A stretch of 63,990 nucleotides of DNA, the filler included, from Choristocarpus tenellus KU-1152 (taxonomy: Eukaryota; Protista; Phaeophyceae), in assembly GCA_964200185.2 (NCBI GenBank). It is 8 parts of 8 records of this genome, joined end to end, with 100 filler letters (N's around TTAATTAATTAA, not from the genome) between each part and the next. Parts side by side here need not be neighbours in the genome. Positions count along the whole stretch, not along the records: positions 4,472 to 27,578 come from CAXNAD020000263.1; 7 more parts are not named here. One strand, given 5' to 3'. The position numbers and the translations under genes were made by a program. The notes under the pieces were generated by a model. It was not told the DNA's origin. It saw nothing but the letters and a program-made list of their open reading frames with translations, and made no database searches. Every line of letters begins with the position of its first letter. The stretch's first letter is position 1. Shown one piece after another: positions 13,301 to 26,971 of this stretch.

Positions 13301-15178
13301 AGGAGTCTCCACCACCTCCTCAGCAGTAGCTTCACTTTGCATCTTATCAGTTGGCAATGCCTTCTCCACATCTGTGTCCACTTCAACAGTCTCAATCTCA
13401 GTGGCAGCCTGTGCCTCTAGCTCCAATTGACTGTCACTCTCTTGCATTTCCTCATTGGCAGCATTAGGCTTCACCTCAAGAGCCGCTTCAGTCACCGCAT
13501 CCTCCACTAAAAGCTCCTCAGCAGGTGTTGGCACATCCAAGTCTGGTACAGGTGGCGACACAGTAGTCAAGGAAGAAGTCTCTCTAACCTCAACATTCAC
13601 ATCAGCTCTGGTAGGCGTTACCTCTACAAATTCTGAAGTCTGTACCACCACATCAGCAGATGCTTCTGTGAGGGAGGCGCCAATCACAATGATGGAAGCA
13701 CAATGGGAGGACCAGTGCAGATCAATGAAGGATATTTCAGTGAATTCAGATCAAGAGTGACTAGGGAAAACAAAGATCAGCACCATGGTTATGACCCAAC
13801 AACAACCAATACCTCAAGTCTGTTTAGATCACAAATATTCAGCAGCACTTGTACACTATTGTAGCAGGGCAAGACTATTTTTCCAGTGAGAGAAGCAAGA
13901 TGTACTGCTGTTGGTGGACTTGTTTGGGAAAAATCAGATATATGTTTAGCATTGAAAGTTATCCTTTGCCAAAAAAAACAAATGAATCAGGACTCAAATT
14001 ACTGTTCGTATTTTCCAGGTATGTAAAATACTGCATAGGTAGGTATAGACAGTAGTTACCTGATAGAAACCTTCTCAATACTAAACGGCATCAACGGACA
14101 CTGAAGTAGGGATATGTATCACAGCATTATCGAAACGTTTCAATACAGACTTGAAGGCTAAGAATGTTTTATACTCATCAACACCTTCCACAGTGACAGG
14201 TTGCACCAGCAGAATTGATTCATCTTGGCCATCCACTACAGGCTTGGCCTCCTCAGCGACCAGTTCAGGCACCTTCGAAGCGGGGGAGAGGACACGATAG
14301 AAGGTAAACTTCAGGAAATCAACAAACAGGGGGTAGACCACAAGTCCTGCAAACCATTTGCTGAGGTAAGCCTCCACACCTGCGTCCGCTCTCAGAGTCA
14401 TTCATGGAGCGGACAGAGATGTAGAGACTCACCTCAATAGACACGCCATCATCAACGACAATCCATGTCTTTCCATCGCCGTTGATCCCCTCGTGGGTGC
14501 CTGACTCCCTTTCACAAATTTCCTCCGTCCCCAAATCTATTTCATATTCACCTCCTTGTCAGGGGTCTCAGCAGTCATCACCTCCAGCTTCTCATGCACC
14601 TGGGCATTGGATATGCCTGTCTCGGGTTTCGCCTCTAACGCACTTCCTCCATCCAGAACAGACATCGATCCTCCTGCTGATCCCCCTTCGGCACCTACAT
14701 TCGGTCCACTCTCTGAGAACACCTGGGAAGAAAATTCTTTTTCTGTTCCGGTCAATGATTGATTACCCTGTGCTTCCCCCACATCTGCTACACCACTAGA
14801 TAGCTCTGCATCAGAGGGAGCCGATGTGGGATACGATGGTTGTGTAGTCTCGCCAACCAAGCTGGCAGGTTGCCCAAGAATACCAGCACCGTTCAAAGTC
14901 ACTTCTACAACTTGGTCTGACTGAGATTCATTAGCGTCTTCCTGGAACGATCCTGTCATCATGATAAGTGGTGGTTGATGTAAGGAATACATTTACCACA
15001 ATAGGGGGGGCATGGGCTTTCAGGGTCTTCGGACATCCAGAACACAGTGACACCCAGAACTTAGCGACAAAACAAGCCAACGACCCATGTGGACGATGAG
15101 CTTGAGGAACCCACCAGGTTTCTCGAGTATGTCTGACTGGCTCATCTCCCCTTCACTCTGTATGCTCTCCTTTCCCAT
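10321..15178 (-). CDS. About 994-aa Glu/Val/Ala/Pro-rich repeat protein with a C-terminal transmembrane tail; exons 15178-15115, 14952-14552, 14272-14185, 13665-12302, 11589-11499, 11297-10321
   Basis: Six phase-consistent exons totalling 2985 nt; 52-aa and 14-aa tandem repeats; ends WAYFGAGTAGVVALIGMAMLKKR*. The start and small exons are less certain. Confidence 0.75.
10690..11040 (-). repeat. Coding 42-bp (14-aa, VEVPAVTMEEPAGT) tandem repeat, about 8 units with a 21-bp sub-period
   Basis: Visible in the DNA and in the ORF 10321..11286 translation. Confidence 0.92.
12770..13240 (-). repeat. Coding 156-bp (52-aa) tandem repeat, 3 units
   Basis: cacctcaccctca recurs at about 12917, 13073 and 13229. 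Confidence 0.9.
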
Positions 15179-16627
15179 GAATTGCTGAAAAGTGGTCTTT
15201 CCAGGTTGCAACCTTGAAAATTCACGACAGGAATAACTCGAAACTTACACACAAACCATACCACGTTCTTCAACTATGGAATACGAAATGTGTCGGAATA
15301 CTCCCTGAATAAACCAGGAAGGGAGGATGTCGTGATGGCGGAAGTACAGATGGTTGATCAACCAACAAGTGTCAAGGTGGGGTGTTAAAAATGTGGTGTG
15401 TTGTCATATATGCATACCAATATATACGTAACTATGACGATGTATGGTAAAAAAGAGAAATGTACTGGCTCCACAACGTCAACAAATGATTTCTGATCCA
15501 AGAAAATTATAAGTTTCAAGACTACTACTGTAGACGTGTACAATAGTTTATAGTACATAATATAAACACTAACAAATACTGTTGGTACAATAATATATTA
15601 TTACAGTACAGATGGTGTCTCATAATTTTCCCGACAATTAGTGACTATTTTGTGTTCTTAGTGTGTCGTCCCCCAACTGCACAGACACACCTAAGAAGTA
15701 TGTACAACAAACAATCCTAGTTTTTAAACAATTTTATGTTTTAGCGTCCTTTCGCTAACCACAGGTTCCTAAAGTCTCCAGACAAAAGTAGAGCAAATAA
15801 TAATACTTCTGTGCACAGCAGGAACAGAGATGTGTAGAGAAGAATTAGGTACATTGTAGATCGGACCACGGATGTTACATTTACTTGGAACAGACAAGTC
15901 AACTCAAGGAGATTCTAATCATAAAAAAGTTGTGACACACATGAGCAAATGACAAGCCAAACGCCAGCGGGAAAAATTGGAGTTGGGCCTCAACTCAAAG
16001 AGCTCCTATCCCATGGATGACTTGATCATCTCCTGGGAAATTAACATGCGTTAACATGGCAGAGTGCAACATCGCCCACACACCAAATACGGATTTGAAT
16101 CAACAGGGGGCCAGCCACAGCAGCAACAGCGATCATGTCGTAGTGTCAGCCACACTTGGGCAAGTGAAGGTGATGAATTGCACTGCAGACCAAGCATACC
16201 AAAATATCTCCTTCATTGCCTCCCACACAGCCTGGCTCAAATACTAACCTCATCCGTTTGGCCACAACACTGATAATATGGTAAGTGTGACCTAATTGTC
16301 AGCAATCACCATTACCCTCTCTCTTACAGTAATCACAACAACGCTAGCATTTACTCCAGAGTAGGCCTTCTCTATGTAGGATGTTGGTCCACCACTAACT
16401 ACTACACAAACAAACCTTAACTTCAGGTAGGTCATAGAGGGCTCATGTGGGGACGACCGTAGCAGGAACATGTGTGTGATTCTTCTTCTACAACTAACCG
16501 TAGTGATCAGGGACTAGACAGGGAATGAGCAGTTTCACCCTGCCATCTGCTTCCCACAAATCCTTTTGAGCTTCAGTATTCAGTCCCTTACAGGAGCCAC
16601 ATCCAGGCACCTGCTCAAGAAGAATCA

Positions 16628-19600
16628 TCATGGCTTACTCTTGTCCTCAGACTCCAGCACCTTCCTGTTGCGAGAGAAAGTAGTCAATCCACACACAGCT
16701 CGTCAGTTTATTGGGCCACACACTTCATTGCTCCTCCAGAGTAATATCAAACAACAAGGAAAATTTGAACATTCAGTAAGGCATGCAACGCACAAACTGA
16801 TTGCGCTGATAGTCAACCACACTCCAAAAAGGCTTACTATATTACTCCTTTGATAAAGTACACCAAAAAAGTTAAGAAATTAGAAGGCCATAAGCTCTAT
16901 CTGACTACTCTCCCCATATTAACACATGAATCCGCCTTTCCACGGTTAACGGATGTCAACACTATGCTTGTCCATTTGTGAGAATAACGTAAGATTCGAA
17001 GTATTATTGGATGTACACACAAACGATGTTGATGGTCATCCAGGATAATTCTATGGGGTTTTTGATCAGACAAAGTGGGTTAGACAACAGTGGGGTTAGG
17101 GTTAAGGTTGGGGGTGCAACAGGTGTTAAGTTCAGGTACTCTAGCCCACTCTGCTGGCTGGTGGGAGATTGTCAAGGGCTCCAACAAATGTGTAACACAG
17201 GTTGGAGCAGGATCAGCTCATTGATGTTCACCTCTTACAACAGGTAAGAAATCACACTCACTGCCGTTGCCGAACCGAGGCGCACCATTCCTGAATACAA
17301 AGGGCCGCACGGTTTCGTGCATCAAGAGCCAACGGGCACTGGAGAGCTCTCGGTTCTAAACAAACGAACAAGCAAAAAAAAAAAATGAAAGCGGAAACGC
17401 CATTTCAAAGTGTTCCGACCCAACAGGCAGGGGAAAAAAAAAAAAAAAAAAAAAAGAAAAAAACAAGCACAAAGAAGGAAAAAAAATATCACTCAGCGCC
17501 ATCCTGTACACCACCAGCCCAGAGGAGTGAAAAATAATAATAATAATAATAATTAAAAGGGAGACGAAAAAATTGGAACTGTGCGGAGGTATTCTTTTAA
17601 CTCCAGTCATTCTCATCCCCTTCCCAATTGCACTCTGAAGAAGAGGGACAACAACAATAGAATCAGAACCTCTCTCCGAACCGATGCCGGCAATAACAGT
17701 AACAGTTGTCGCTAACAAATATAGGAGCAGGAAAGAAAAAAAAATGCAAGCAACATGTCTTACCTCAAAATAAATGATAAAAATCGGAGCAGCCCTTGAT
17801 GCCACCAATCGGCAGGGCATGCTTCGGCCCACAGCTTCAAGGACAATCAAGGACGATCATTTTTTTTCTTTAATATGTGCAACTGGTTTCCCCCGAAAAT
17901 GAAGAGGATATCCTGACCCACAACACCACACCCCATGGTTACACATCTACATACATAAGGCGGTACCTAAATTTCCACACGGGTGTACCTGTTGTCCTTT
18001 CCCCCCCACAGTTGCGAGAAGGCTCCTTTCTCCATGAGCTGGACATCCCTGCTAACGTCGGCGGCGGCAGCAACAACTGACTTGACAGAACGCACAGCGC
18101 CTTCCATAACAATTGCCAACAACAAGTAAGAAGGGGGGCGGGGGCAGGGGGGGCAGGANNNNNNNNNAAGACGGGGCGCAGAAGGGGGAGGGGGGGGGGG
18201 GGGGGGGGGGGGGGGAGGGGGAGGGGGGGGGGGGTTTCACAGGTAGTACAAGCTCGAGGCGAAATAAGCAGCGACAGAACCGATTGCAACTGAATTCAAC
18301 GGGGTTACTCTGATTGCGATGAGTGCAAGAGAGGAGAGGACAACAAACCATGGTAAACGTGCACGGCCACCTACTTCGATCCCTCAATTGACAAAATCCT
18401 TCAAAAAACAGAAGGGAGGATACACACTGTAGCGGTGGGGTTATTTATTTCGGCGCCGAGACTAAAAGAGGTACTCTACGAGAAGAGGTACACTTGAGGT
18501 GTACAAAACAAATCAAAGGTAACACGCTTTCACTCGCATACACCATGGACAGCAGAGATGCCTGCAAAAGCAGCAACACCAATGTAGTGAAATCTATCCC
18601 GTCAAAATATCCCCCCCCCCAAAAAATAAATAAAATAAAATAGTTCAGGATCGTAGAGAGGCAACATTGAGACGCGTACCACATAGAATTTAGTGTTACC
18701 ACTGTGAACTACTTCAATGTTGAAATAAAATCTTTTATTGCTTCTTTCATCCCACCGTATGCTGCATGACATAGGACAGGGTCCAGAAACTCTGCCGCCA
18801 GGACCTCTGTGTTTCCCCCCTCCTCCCCAACTGCATCCAACAGTCCCATCGCCAGCCCTTCCTCAGCAGTAACCACTGAACTCCAGGCAAGAAGGCGGAG
18901 TGCCTGGCGCCTGCCCAGTATCCCAACCAGGCGAGAACCACCTCCCCACCCTGTGCTCACACCCATCTACTATAGAGAAAGAGCAAACAGGCAGGAGGCC
19001 GAGGAGAAGATAAGAGAGCACTAACGGTGTAGGAACAAAAAAAAAAAGTAAGATGCATCTTGCCCGTCGTTGTATACTACGGTAGGAGGCAACACATGCA
19101 TTTATGAACTCCATCGGGAACAATCACCAAGATAGAGTTCATATCGCTTGCTACAATGTGCTAGAACGTCCCAAGTAAATTTTATGGACTTGACCTGACG
19201 CAATCATTAGGATTCGCCTCATCTGTTCCAACTCTTGCGACTGTCCATAGAATGTTTGATGTACATTTGTGGGCTTTGTAGGCCATGGTGGGAAAGGCTA
19301 ACAAGCAGACAGAACAGGGGGAGTGCTCTACGTTGTACAATCTTTAGTAGGCTGACTTTAGGCCTAATCTTTCTCTGGTAGTGCAATAATACCAGGGAGT
19401 CGTAGCTTTCAACTACAGGAGTTTCTACACTGCCTTCAACGCGTGAATCTCAACGAAATTGTGACTGGGGCAACAAAATTTAGACACCTAAGGCCTGTTC
19501 CTAATCAGACTTACTTACATGGAAGTGTGGAGTGTTACATTGTGAGGAATGTCGCATACCTCATGTTGCGCCTCTGTACAATTCCATACTTCATTGTTCA

Positions 19601-21141
19601 TATTTACAGGAATAACTGCTCTGCCCTGGAAGATTCTCTGTGAGGAAGTTCTCTCTCTCTCTCTCCTCTAGCTAATAGTCATTAGGATGCGCTAGGTTTC
19701 ATCTTATGGAATGCCAATGTGTGGAATATCACAAAATGTCAACAGATATGTCGTGTTGCTAGTAATGGGTCGATGAAGTGTGTCCATAAAAATCCTTGAC
19801 GTTGCATCATATTCTCAACTTTGTGTGATTTGTGTAGTCACCAAAAGAACAGTTTCATCACAACGTTTCTGTTGTGGCAAGGTGGAAATGGGGGTGGTAC
19901 GCAGTGAACCTTTCCACCCATCCTCAGCATCTTCATAAGTGTGTGTGTAAGGACAGGGATATAATTCAACCTATAAAGCCTCAAATTTTTCATACACGCC
20001 ACAGGTATTCGGGGGTGATACTTCTGTGTGACTTCAAGGGCGAAGGCTAACTACAAATGCCCCACATAGACACTCCAAATGGAGAAAGATCTGCACGAGC
20101 AAAAGTATCTCAATCGACATATAGAGAGAGGCAAAACCCAGTTGCGTTGCACCTCACCTTGACTTGCACAAACTGAATCTTAGCCCCTGGCCCAGCAACC
20201 CGGAAGTCACAGGATGTGGCAAGCTCTGCTCCCCCTCCCACTGCCGACCCCTCTATGATTGCTACACTGATCATTGGCAGCCTGCCTCAACGTGAGAACA
20301 TGAGGGGTCGACTTTGACAGCGTTCTTCTTGAGTGGTATATGTGCAAACCCTAGCATGCATTAGCAAGACAACAGGTGTATCCACTTGGTTTAGAGGCTA
20401 TTCTATTGCTATAACTTTCAAAATCAAAGCATTAAGGTGGAAAATTACACATTTGAACTTGCTGTCCTTGGAGAAGACGTTGTTGTAAGGTGGACACACC
20501 TCCGTAGTCGTGTAAGTGTGTCGGTCATTAGGGCACACATGAGCTGTCCATCCTCATTTGTTTTCAGATGTTCGCGGGCAAGCGATAAGTCTGCCCCTGC
20601 ACAAAAGGCCTTGTTTCCCCGCCCTCGCAATGTGAGGGCTACTCCCCGCTCCCAACCTTCCAGGGCGTCTACCGCATCGGCAAACTCAGACATCATTTTA
20701 CCAGAAAGCGCTAGGAAGGGTACATGAAAGGTGGGGACGGAGTCAGAGGGTCTTGTCGTGAGTCAACCCGAAGCCAGAAGGACCACCAGAAGTAATGCGT
20801 GAATGTTTAGTGTACAGAGCATCACTGTGAAGGGTATTTCATGCTAAGGTGTGCGTGCGAAGTCACTCACTGGAGAGCTGTTTCTACGCACCATTTCGAC
20901 GATCCTCATGGTCGAGCACTAACCCCGCCAGTCCAGTTTCGTCGTCCATGTGCAGTGCCACTCTTCCGGAACCCAAAGGTCGAAGACGCTCCTTAAAAGA
21001 TACCAAGTCTTGTGAACACACCGCCTCCACAGCATAGCTCAAGTAGCATCTAGAGCTTGTGCAAGGAGATATGGATGTCAGATTTCGCCAACACTCGCTC
21101 ACCGTAACAAAGAGACGTGGGTAAACTCTTACGACAGGCAT
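16628..21141 (-). CDS. ECHDC1: Ethylmalonyl-CoA decarboxylase-like crotonase, 314 aa; exons 21141-20892, 20710-20500, 20281-20158, 18966-18756, 18100-17989, 16664-16628
   Basis: RRNALSGKMM; FCAGADL; LTRLRRLPMISVAIIEGSAVGGGAELATSCDFR; FVQVKMGVSTGWGGGSRLV; C-terminal LWGG.DN. Totals 945 nt in frame; last exon tentative. Confidence 0.85.
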
Positions 21142-21432
21142 TGGGTCGCCTGGGACAATGACTGTAGGTCAGAGTACGGACAAAGGAATATCTTGAACTC
21201 TACTCCACTAATATGTGATTGAAACGTGTAAAGTTACTGTATGTATGACTGCGAAAATTGGAAGCAAGGGTATTGGAAATTCGTGTATTGACCACCTCAC
21301 TCCTCAAAGTCAAGTTTGTATGGAAATCATCAGTGAAGTCACTTGGACTCATGAGGAACTAACTGGCTTTATTTTTTGAAGTTTGAAATTGTGTTTCTCA
21401 GTAATGACATGGTTCTTGTCTGGTCAAAAAGG

Positions 21433-23094
21433 ATGGCCTGCAGACAACGAGGCTTCGAATCAGCTAGTGCGAGGTGGGGCCTTAGGATAGTAGTCACTTT
21501 GGTGGTGAATTTGGCTGTGCCACAATCGGCGGTTGCATTTGCCAACGTTCCCAATATGGGCCGCCTTCAGATGAGGGGCTTTGGCTTGTCGACCATGCGA
21601 ATGTCCTCTGTTGGGGTATTGCCAGTTACAGGGCAAGAACGGCGGGAAGCGCGGCTTGATGAGGATGGATTATGTCGTATCAACCGTGATCTGCGAGAGG
21701 GAACCAAGACTCGCTACGTTACAAGGGTGATGTACGATGGTACACACTTTCAAGGATATCAGCTGCAACCTGGAGGAAGACGAACAGTGCAGGTTGGTGG
21801 GATGCAGACGATAAATGTACCTGTTTGGGAGTATTGATTCACCTGTTATATTGACTGGGACTAAACTCCATAACATTGCCAAGCAGTCATCTGAGACCTC
21901 TCAAATTGTATCCCCATCCCACTCGTGGCTAATAGGGCATCCTAGAGGAGAAACTGACACAACGATATCAAATATATGTACCCATAGTGGCGTCTGGGAG
22001 AACAGACCAGGGAGTGCATGCCAGAGGACAAACGGTGCACTTCGATCTGCCCAATCCAGACGAGAACATGGACGACTTCATGTCTACCATGAACCGAATG
22101 CTGCCCGATGTGAGTCCAATAGCTTTTCACTCTTTAGGGTTTCTTTACATGTGCGTTTCCTTCCCATTTTTGTCGACATCCGGAATCTTGCACTTACATT
22201 GAAGACTCGTTGCATCGAGGAAACTCTTGCAGGAATTGTAGATGCCCCCCAAAATACCTTGCAAGCTTGTTAATGTTTGTCATCCTAACGAAATTGTTTA
22301 ACTCCACCTACAGGCCATACATCCCTCAAACATCCAACAGTTATGCGAATCACCCCTTAATCAATTGCAAAGTTGTGTTTACAACTGAAGAAACTTGGGT
22401 CTGTGTATCTCTTCCACAAAAGAACGCCCTTGGCATGCAAATTGAGGTGCTCATACCCCTGTGACACCTATACCTGAAGTTCAACTCCATCTCACCGCCA
22501 CGTCTATGAACACCGCAGGACGTGCGTGTTTGGAATGCTTCGCATGCCCCTCCACCATGGCCAGATCAGCAGGAGAATAGTCTTCCATGGCATTCCATGA
22601 CCAACGCAAGGAGCAAGGTGTACAGCTACCGCCTCTTCCTGGGTGATATCCTCAGCCCCTTGGATCGACTCTACCGCGTGCACGCACAGAAAGCTGCCCT
22701 CTGCCGGCACATAGACAGGGACCTCATGCTCCGTTCGCTTCCTCTATTCATAGGAAAGCACGACTTCGGTGGGTTTGGCAATAAGGCCGAGAAGAAAGCG
22801 AAGGAGATGATAGCCCACGGGAAACAGGAGTTCAATACAGTTCGGGAGATTTATTCAGCAACGGCAGTTGACGAGGGTGGGGGCAACCTCCGACTGGAAT
22901 TCCATATTGACGGGGCACTCTACCGTATGGTGCGAAACATTGTGGGCACAATGCTTGCGGTGGGAGCGGGAAGGGTTGATCTGGATGTGATTGAGGAAAT
23001 TTTTTCAAGTGGTGTGCGACCCACAAACAAAATTTACTCTGCCCCGCCTGAGGGGTTGACGTTAGAGACTGTTTTGTATGACGAATATAGATGA
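21433..23094 (+). CDS. truA: TruA-family tRNA pseudouridine synthase, probably plastid-targeted; exons 21433-21792, 21936-22109, 22519-23094
   Basis: YDGTHFQGYQLQ..TVQGILEE; catalytic SGRTDQGVHA; GKHDF; LYRMVRNIVG; SAPPEGLTL. Hydrophobic leader with an AVA-F cleavage motif; alternative in-frame ATG at 21409. Confidence 0.92.
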
Positions 23095-25283
23095 TGTGGC
23101 TGGCCCTACAGGTGATTTTGGTGGTCTTGCGTCTTTAGGTTTCCTCTACTTCCAAAGCACTGAGTGCCGTGCACCGCCTAGATGTTTCTGGGCTGAAGAA
23201 TATGCAGTGTTGTTGGAGTCTTCAGCTGGAGATGAAGTTGTGTCTTTATTTCACATGCTATATCCCAAATCCAAGCTACGTATAATTGCATCTATAAATG
23301 ACTTTTAGCACCTCGTTCCTTTACCCCGTTCCTTGGGTAAAGTTTGAATCAAGGGATACCTCTTCTGCTCTGAAATCCTAAACCTTGTACCACCTGCAAT
23401 CTCATAGGGTTGCCGCTCTTGAATTATATATATTATAAAAATATCTTGTGGAGTAGAACTCTCTTAAGTACTTCTATAACTTTAGTTAGCATCATTGGTG
23501 CTAGACAGGAAACAGTAACCTGTACATGTTTTTTTCCTCGTGTGCTGCTGGTTGTATATGCTACTTCTTTTTTTTAACAGTTTCTCGTCAATGAGAATCT
23601 TACATAATTTTGCCTTGGTTTTTTATGCCTGTATTTCCTGATCATTTTCAGGATGTTTTGGCTAGGGGCAACATGGAAGCATCAGCAATAGCGACCCTCC
23701 GTAATGGAAGACAAAGGGGAGATGGAACAGTTACATTCCTACCAAGGACTTTTTTTTAGCCAACGTAATTATGGTGTCTTGGCTTGTGTGAAATTCTGTG
23801 TTACAGGAGGTGACAAGTTGCCCATCCCTCAAAAATTTAGGCTCTGCCCTGATCATCTAAACTTAGCCCTGCTGACTCTGTCGCTTTTGGAGGCGATAGC
23901 ACTCTAGGTGCTGGTGAGCAGATATTTCGCAACCTCAGTAACACCCCCCTTGTGGAATCTTCACTGAATGAGGGACAGTATCACATCTCTACCATAATGC
24001 TCAAATGTGCTATACAGTACTTCTTCTGACCACTTCCAGGAGCTTGATTCTCCTACACACGATTACTGCCTCACCTGCTAAAGGCACCCATTTTTACCGG
24101 TTTTGTAATGTAAAATGGGTCTGGTATTCTTGGAGAGTTGTAACTATTTTTAGGGGGGTTTCGATTTTGACCCTTTTTGAAGTTCAATCTCTTTTTTTTT
24201 TACCTTGTGCAATATATATACCATGCCCATGTCTGTAATGTACTTCACTTTTTTGGGGTGTGTGGAGAATGTTGATGCAGAAAAGGCTGACTGTGAACAC
24301 ATAGTTAATCAAAAGTGCACTCCACAGCGCTCAAAACACCTGTACCACGAGGTAATCACAGGAATCCTTTAACATTCAGTGATGCCTCCCTCTTAGAAGG
24401 TATTGCTCTTCATGAAACCACAATTTCCAAAACCTAGGTCACACAAGAAGCAATACACTATAAGAAATAGTCATACACCACAAGAGTCACCTTTCAATGT
24501 CGCTCAGGTGTTGCTCAACAAAACGAAGGTACCTAATTGGATGTACACATCAAATATGTGTCGATTCTGAACTATCGAACAGGGGGTTGATTGACATCAC
24601 TCATCCATGAGCGTGTTGACTTTGAGAGTCCAGCAGCCATGGTCCTACTACTACTACAGCTATAGGTGATATTATAATACGAAGTTAGTGCAGTGTGTAG
24701 TTTGTACAAGCTGACAGCTGTATATCTGGCACCATTTTTTTACTGCTTGAGCGATACTTGACCACTAATGTTGAGGTAGCTAGTGTCTCCTTGTCCAGCT
24801 GGTGAAGGTTTCGCCTCCAACTCTCAATAAAGTACTTCACCAGTCTAACTACTTGACAAAGATTATTCTACATCCAATACTATGGTGAATTTAACTTTGC
24901 CCAAACATTGGACAAGGTCGACAGGGAGAAGAAGCAACTGAGTTGTATAGTGGGTTTGCAATATTTCAGTGCCATCGAAGAAGTGTTCAGGGAGTTCTGT
25001 TTGCAGCCCTTGAGCTACATTCTATGGGCTACTAATTCTCATAACGGGGAGCTTTTTATCTTGTTCATTTTACACTTTGGGTTTGAGGAACCTCTACGTG
25101 TTTTTATTATTATTGCGCTAAAGATACGATGACATGATAGTCAGCAAATAATGGGTACGTAATAATGAGTACGTACACCACCTTGGACACTTCTTTGTTC
25201 AATGGGGCATGGCTTGTATGATTTGATCTACTCCGAATCATGCTACTTTCTATATGCATTACTAGTAACGAGCTAAGTCAAAT

Positions 25284-25504
25284 GAGAGGTAGGCAAGGTT
25301 GCATTTTAAGGATCCCAAGAAATGGCAAAAGGACGTAATTTTGCACAATTGCAGGGAGAGCCTTTACTGAACTGTGGTGTCACTCTTTGCGTGGAAAGGG
25401 AGAATAATAATTTTCGTTCACTGTTGTGTACATACTATAATGAAATAGGGTGTATGTAAGAGATTATTTAGGATGCAGAATGTGCCCAAACCTGCGTACC
25501 TCTC
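25284..25504. mobile_element. MITE family D, complete copy with AAT target-site duplication
   Basis: TIRs gagaggtaggcaagg / cctgcgtacctctc; AAT on both flanks; homologues at 59113-59348 (inverted) and 5615-5773. Confidence 0.82.
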
Positions 25505-26358
25505 AATAATTTTGGCTCAAAGGTCACCCAGAACACGAAACTAGTGAGAGGGCATAATCAGTCTTGGAACCTAATTTTCTAGGTACTCCAAGACACCATC
25601 ATTTAGCTGGTGTGACAGATTATCGTGTTCACTAAAAGTCCCAACACCATGTTTTTAGAAGCGCAATTTGCAACTGTGAAGATGAGTGGTATCGCTGAAA
25701 ATGGTTGGACAAGTGGTGGAGGGATGCGAAGTCGTGCAGTAGACGTAGATGCCAATACGTCATAGCAATAATAGTCGTGGTCAGATTAGATTGTTTCAAT
25801 TTCCGCATCGAAGGCTCTCCGTTTTGTTCCGTACTAGGGTTTCCCGTTAACGGATTATTGGCATTGACATATCTGAGGGGGCATCCTTTTCGCAAGGAAC
25901 CTAATGGTGACCACTCTAGGACATAAATTTTACTTTTTGTGGACACGGTCATGGTTAGTACATTCAGATGCGAATACACACATCGTCTAATAATATTATA
26001 GTCCGAAGTGGTACAAAAAAAGTGATAATAGTACAGTAGCAATAGTAAGTATAATATTATAATATTATTAGGTTTTCTTTTTTTTCTATTGTAGCTTCCA
26101 CTCGAAATGATTATTTAAAAAAATGATGGTGCGCTGAAGGCGCGACGACGCACGGGGGGACCTGTTCTACAAAACACCTCTTCTTGCCTCTTCATCAGAA
26201 GTCAAACTTGGAGGGCAAGACAGTGACAGAATTTGAACGATGACGGAACTCCGACGGTCATCCCGAGGTGAGAGAAGCATTTACGGTAATCTGGTTTTTC
26301 CTTTGAACGTGACTCTCGCTAAGGAGATCGATAAACCCGTCCACACCCCGGTTGCAAC

Positions 26359-26971
26359 ATGCCCAAACTTAGAGAACAGCGTGCCATGACTGATGCTGAA
26401 CCAAATGGCACTGTACACCCTCGCTATTTCCACCTCCGACCCCGTACAGTTCGGCAGTCAAGCAAGTACACCGGTCAGAATGCTCATGAAGAGAAGAAAG
26501 GGATATTAGCTATGCCAGAAGTCAGGGCACGCAAGTGGCAACAGGTGCGAGTTATAAATTGAGGAACTGCCAAACAGCCGTATCGTTTTCGTTGCTCAAG
26601 GGTACCAAGTGCCTGTGGGGGTTGTAGCATACGTTTCAATTTGTGTTTGCTCGAGACAGGTGCCTCAGACGGCATCCTAATTGAGCGTCTGCGTTGTTGA
26701 GATGTTTTTATTTTCGATGGGACTGATCTCGCTATTTGTTTTGTACAGAAGACTCTTGAACTTGGACACCATTCCAGGTTCTGTTTCACCCATACTTATC
26801 AAATATCGCGCGCGCACACACACACATACTTACGTACTTCTCCATGTACCTCACCCTAACCGCCAGGCTGAGGTTCGAGTGGGCTACTTCCTGCTGCGCC
26901 GATGGGTCCCAAAAGACCAGCACCACCTCACCGCAGAGTTACACGGGGGTGAAACAGATGCTCTTGCCAAG
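26359..26971 (+). CDS. Hypothetical protein, 5' exons (about 26359-26543 and 26867-26971); truncated by the contig end
   Basis: Phase-0 join ...RKWQQ|AEVRVGYFLLRR... with GT/AG sites and a ctaac branch motif; no domain recognised. Confidence 0.4.
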
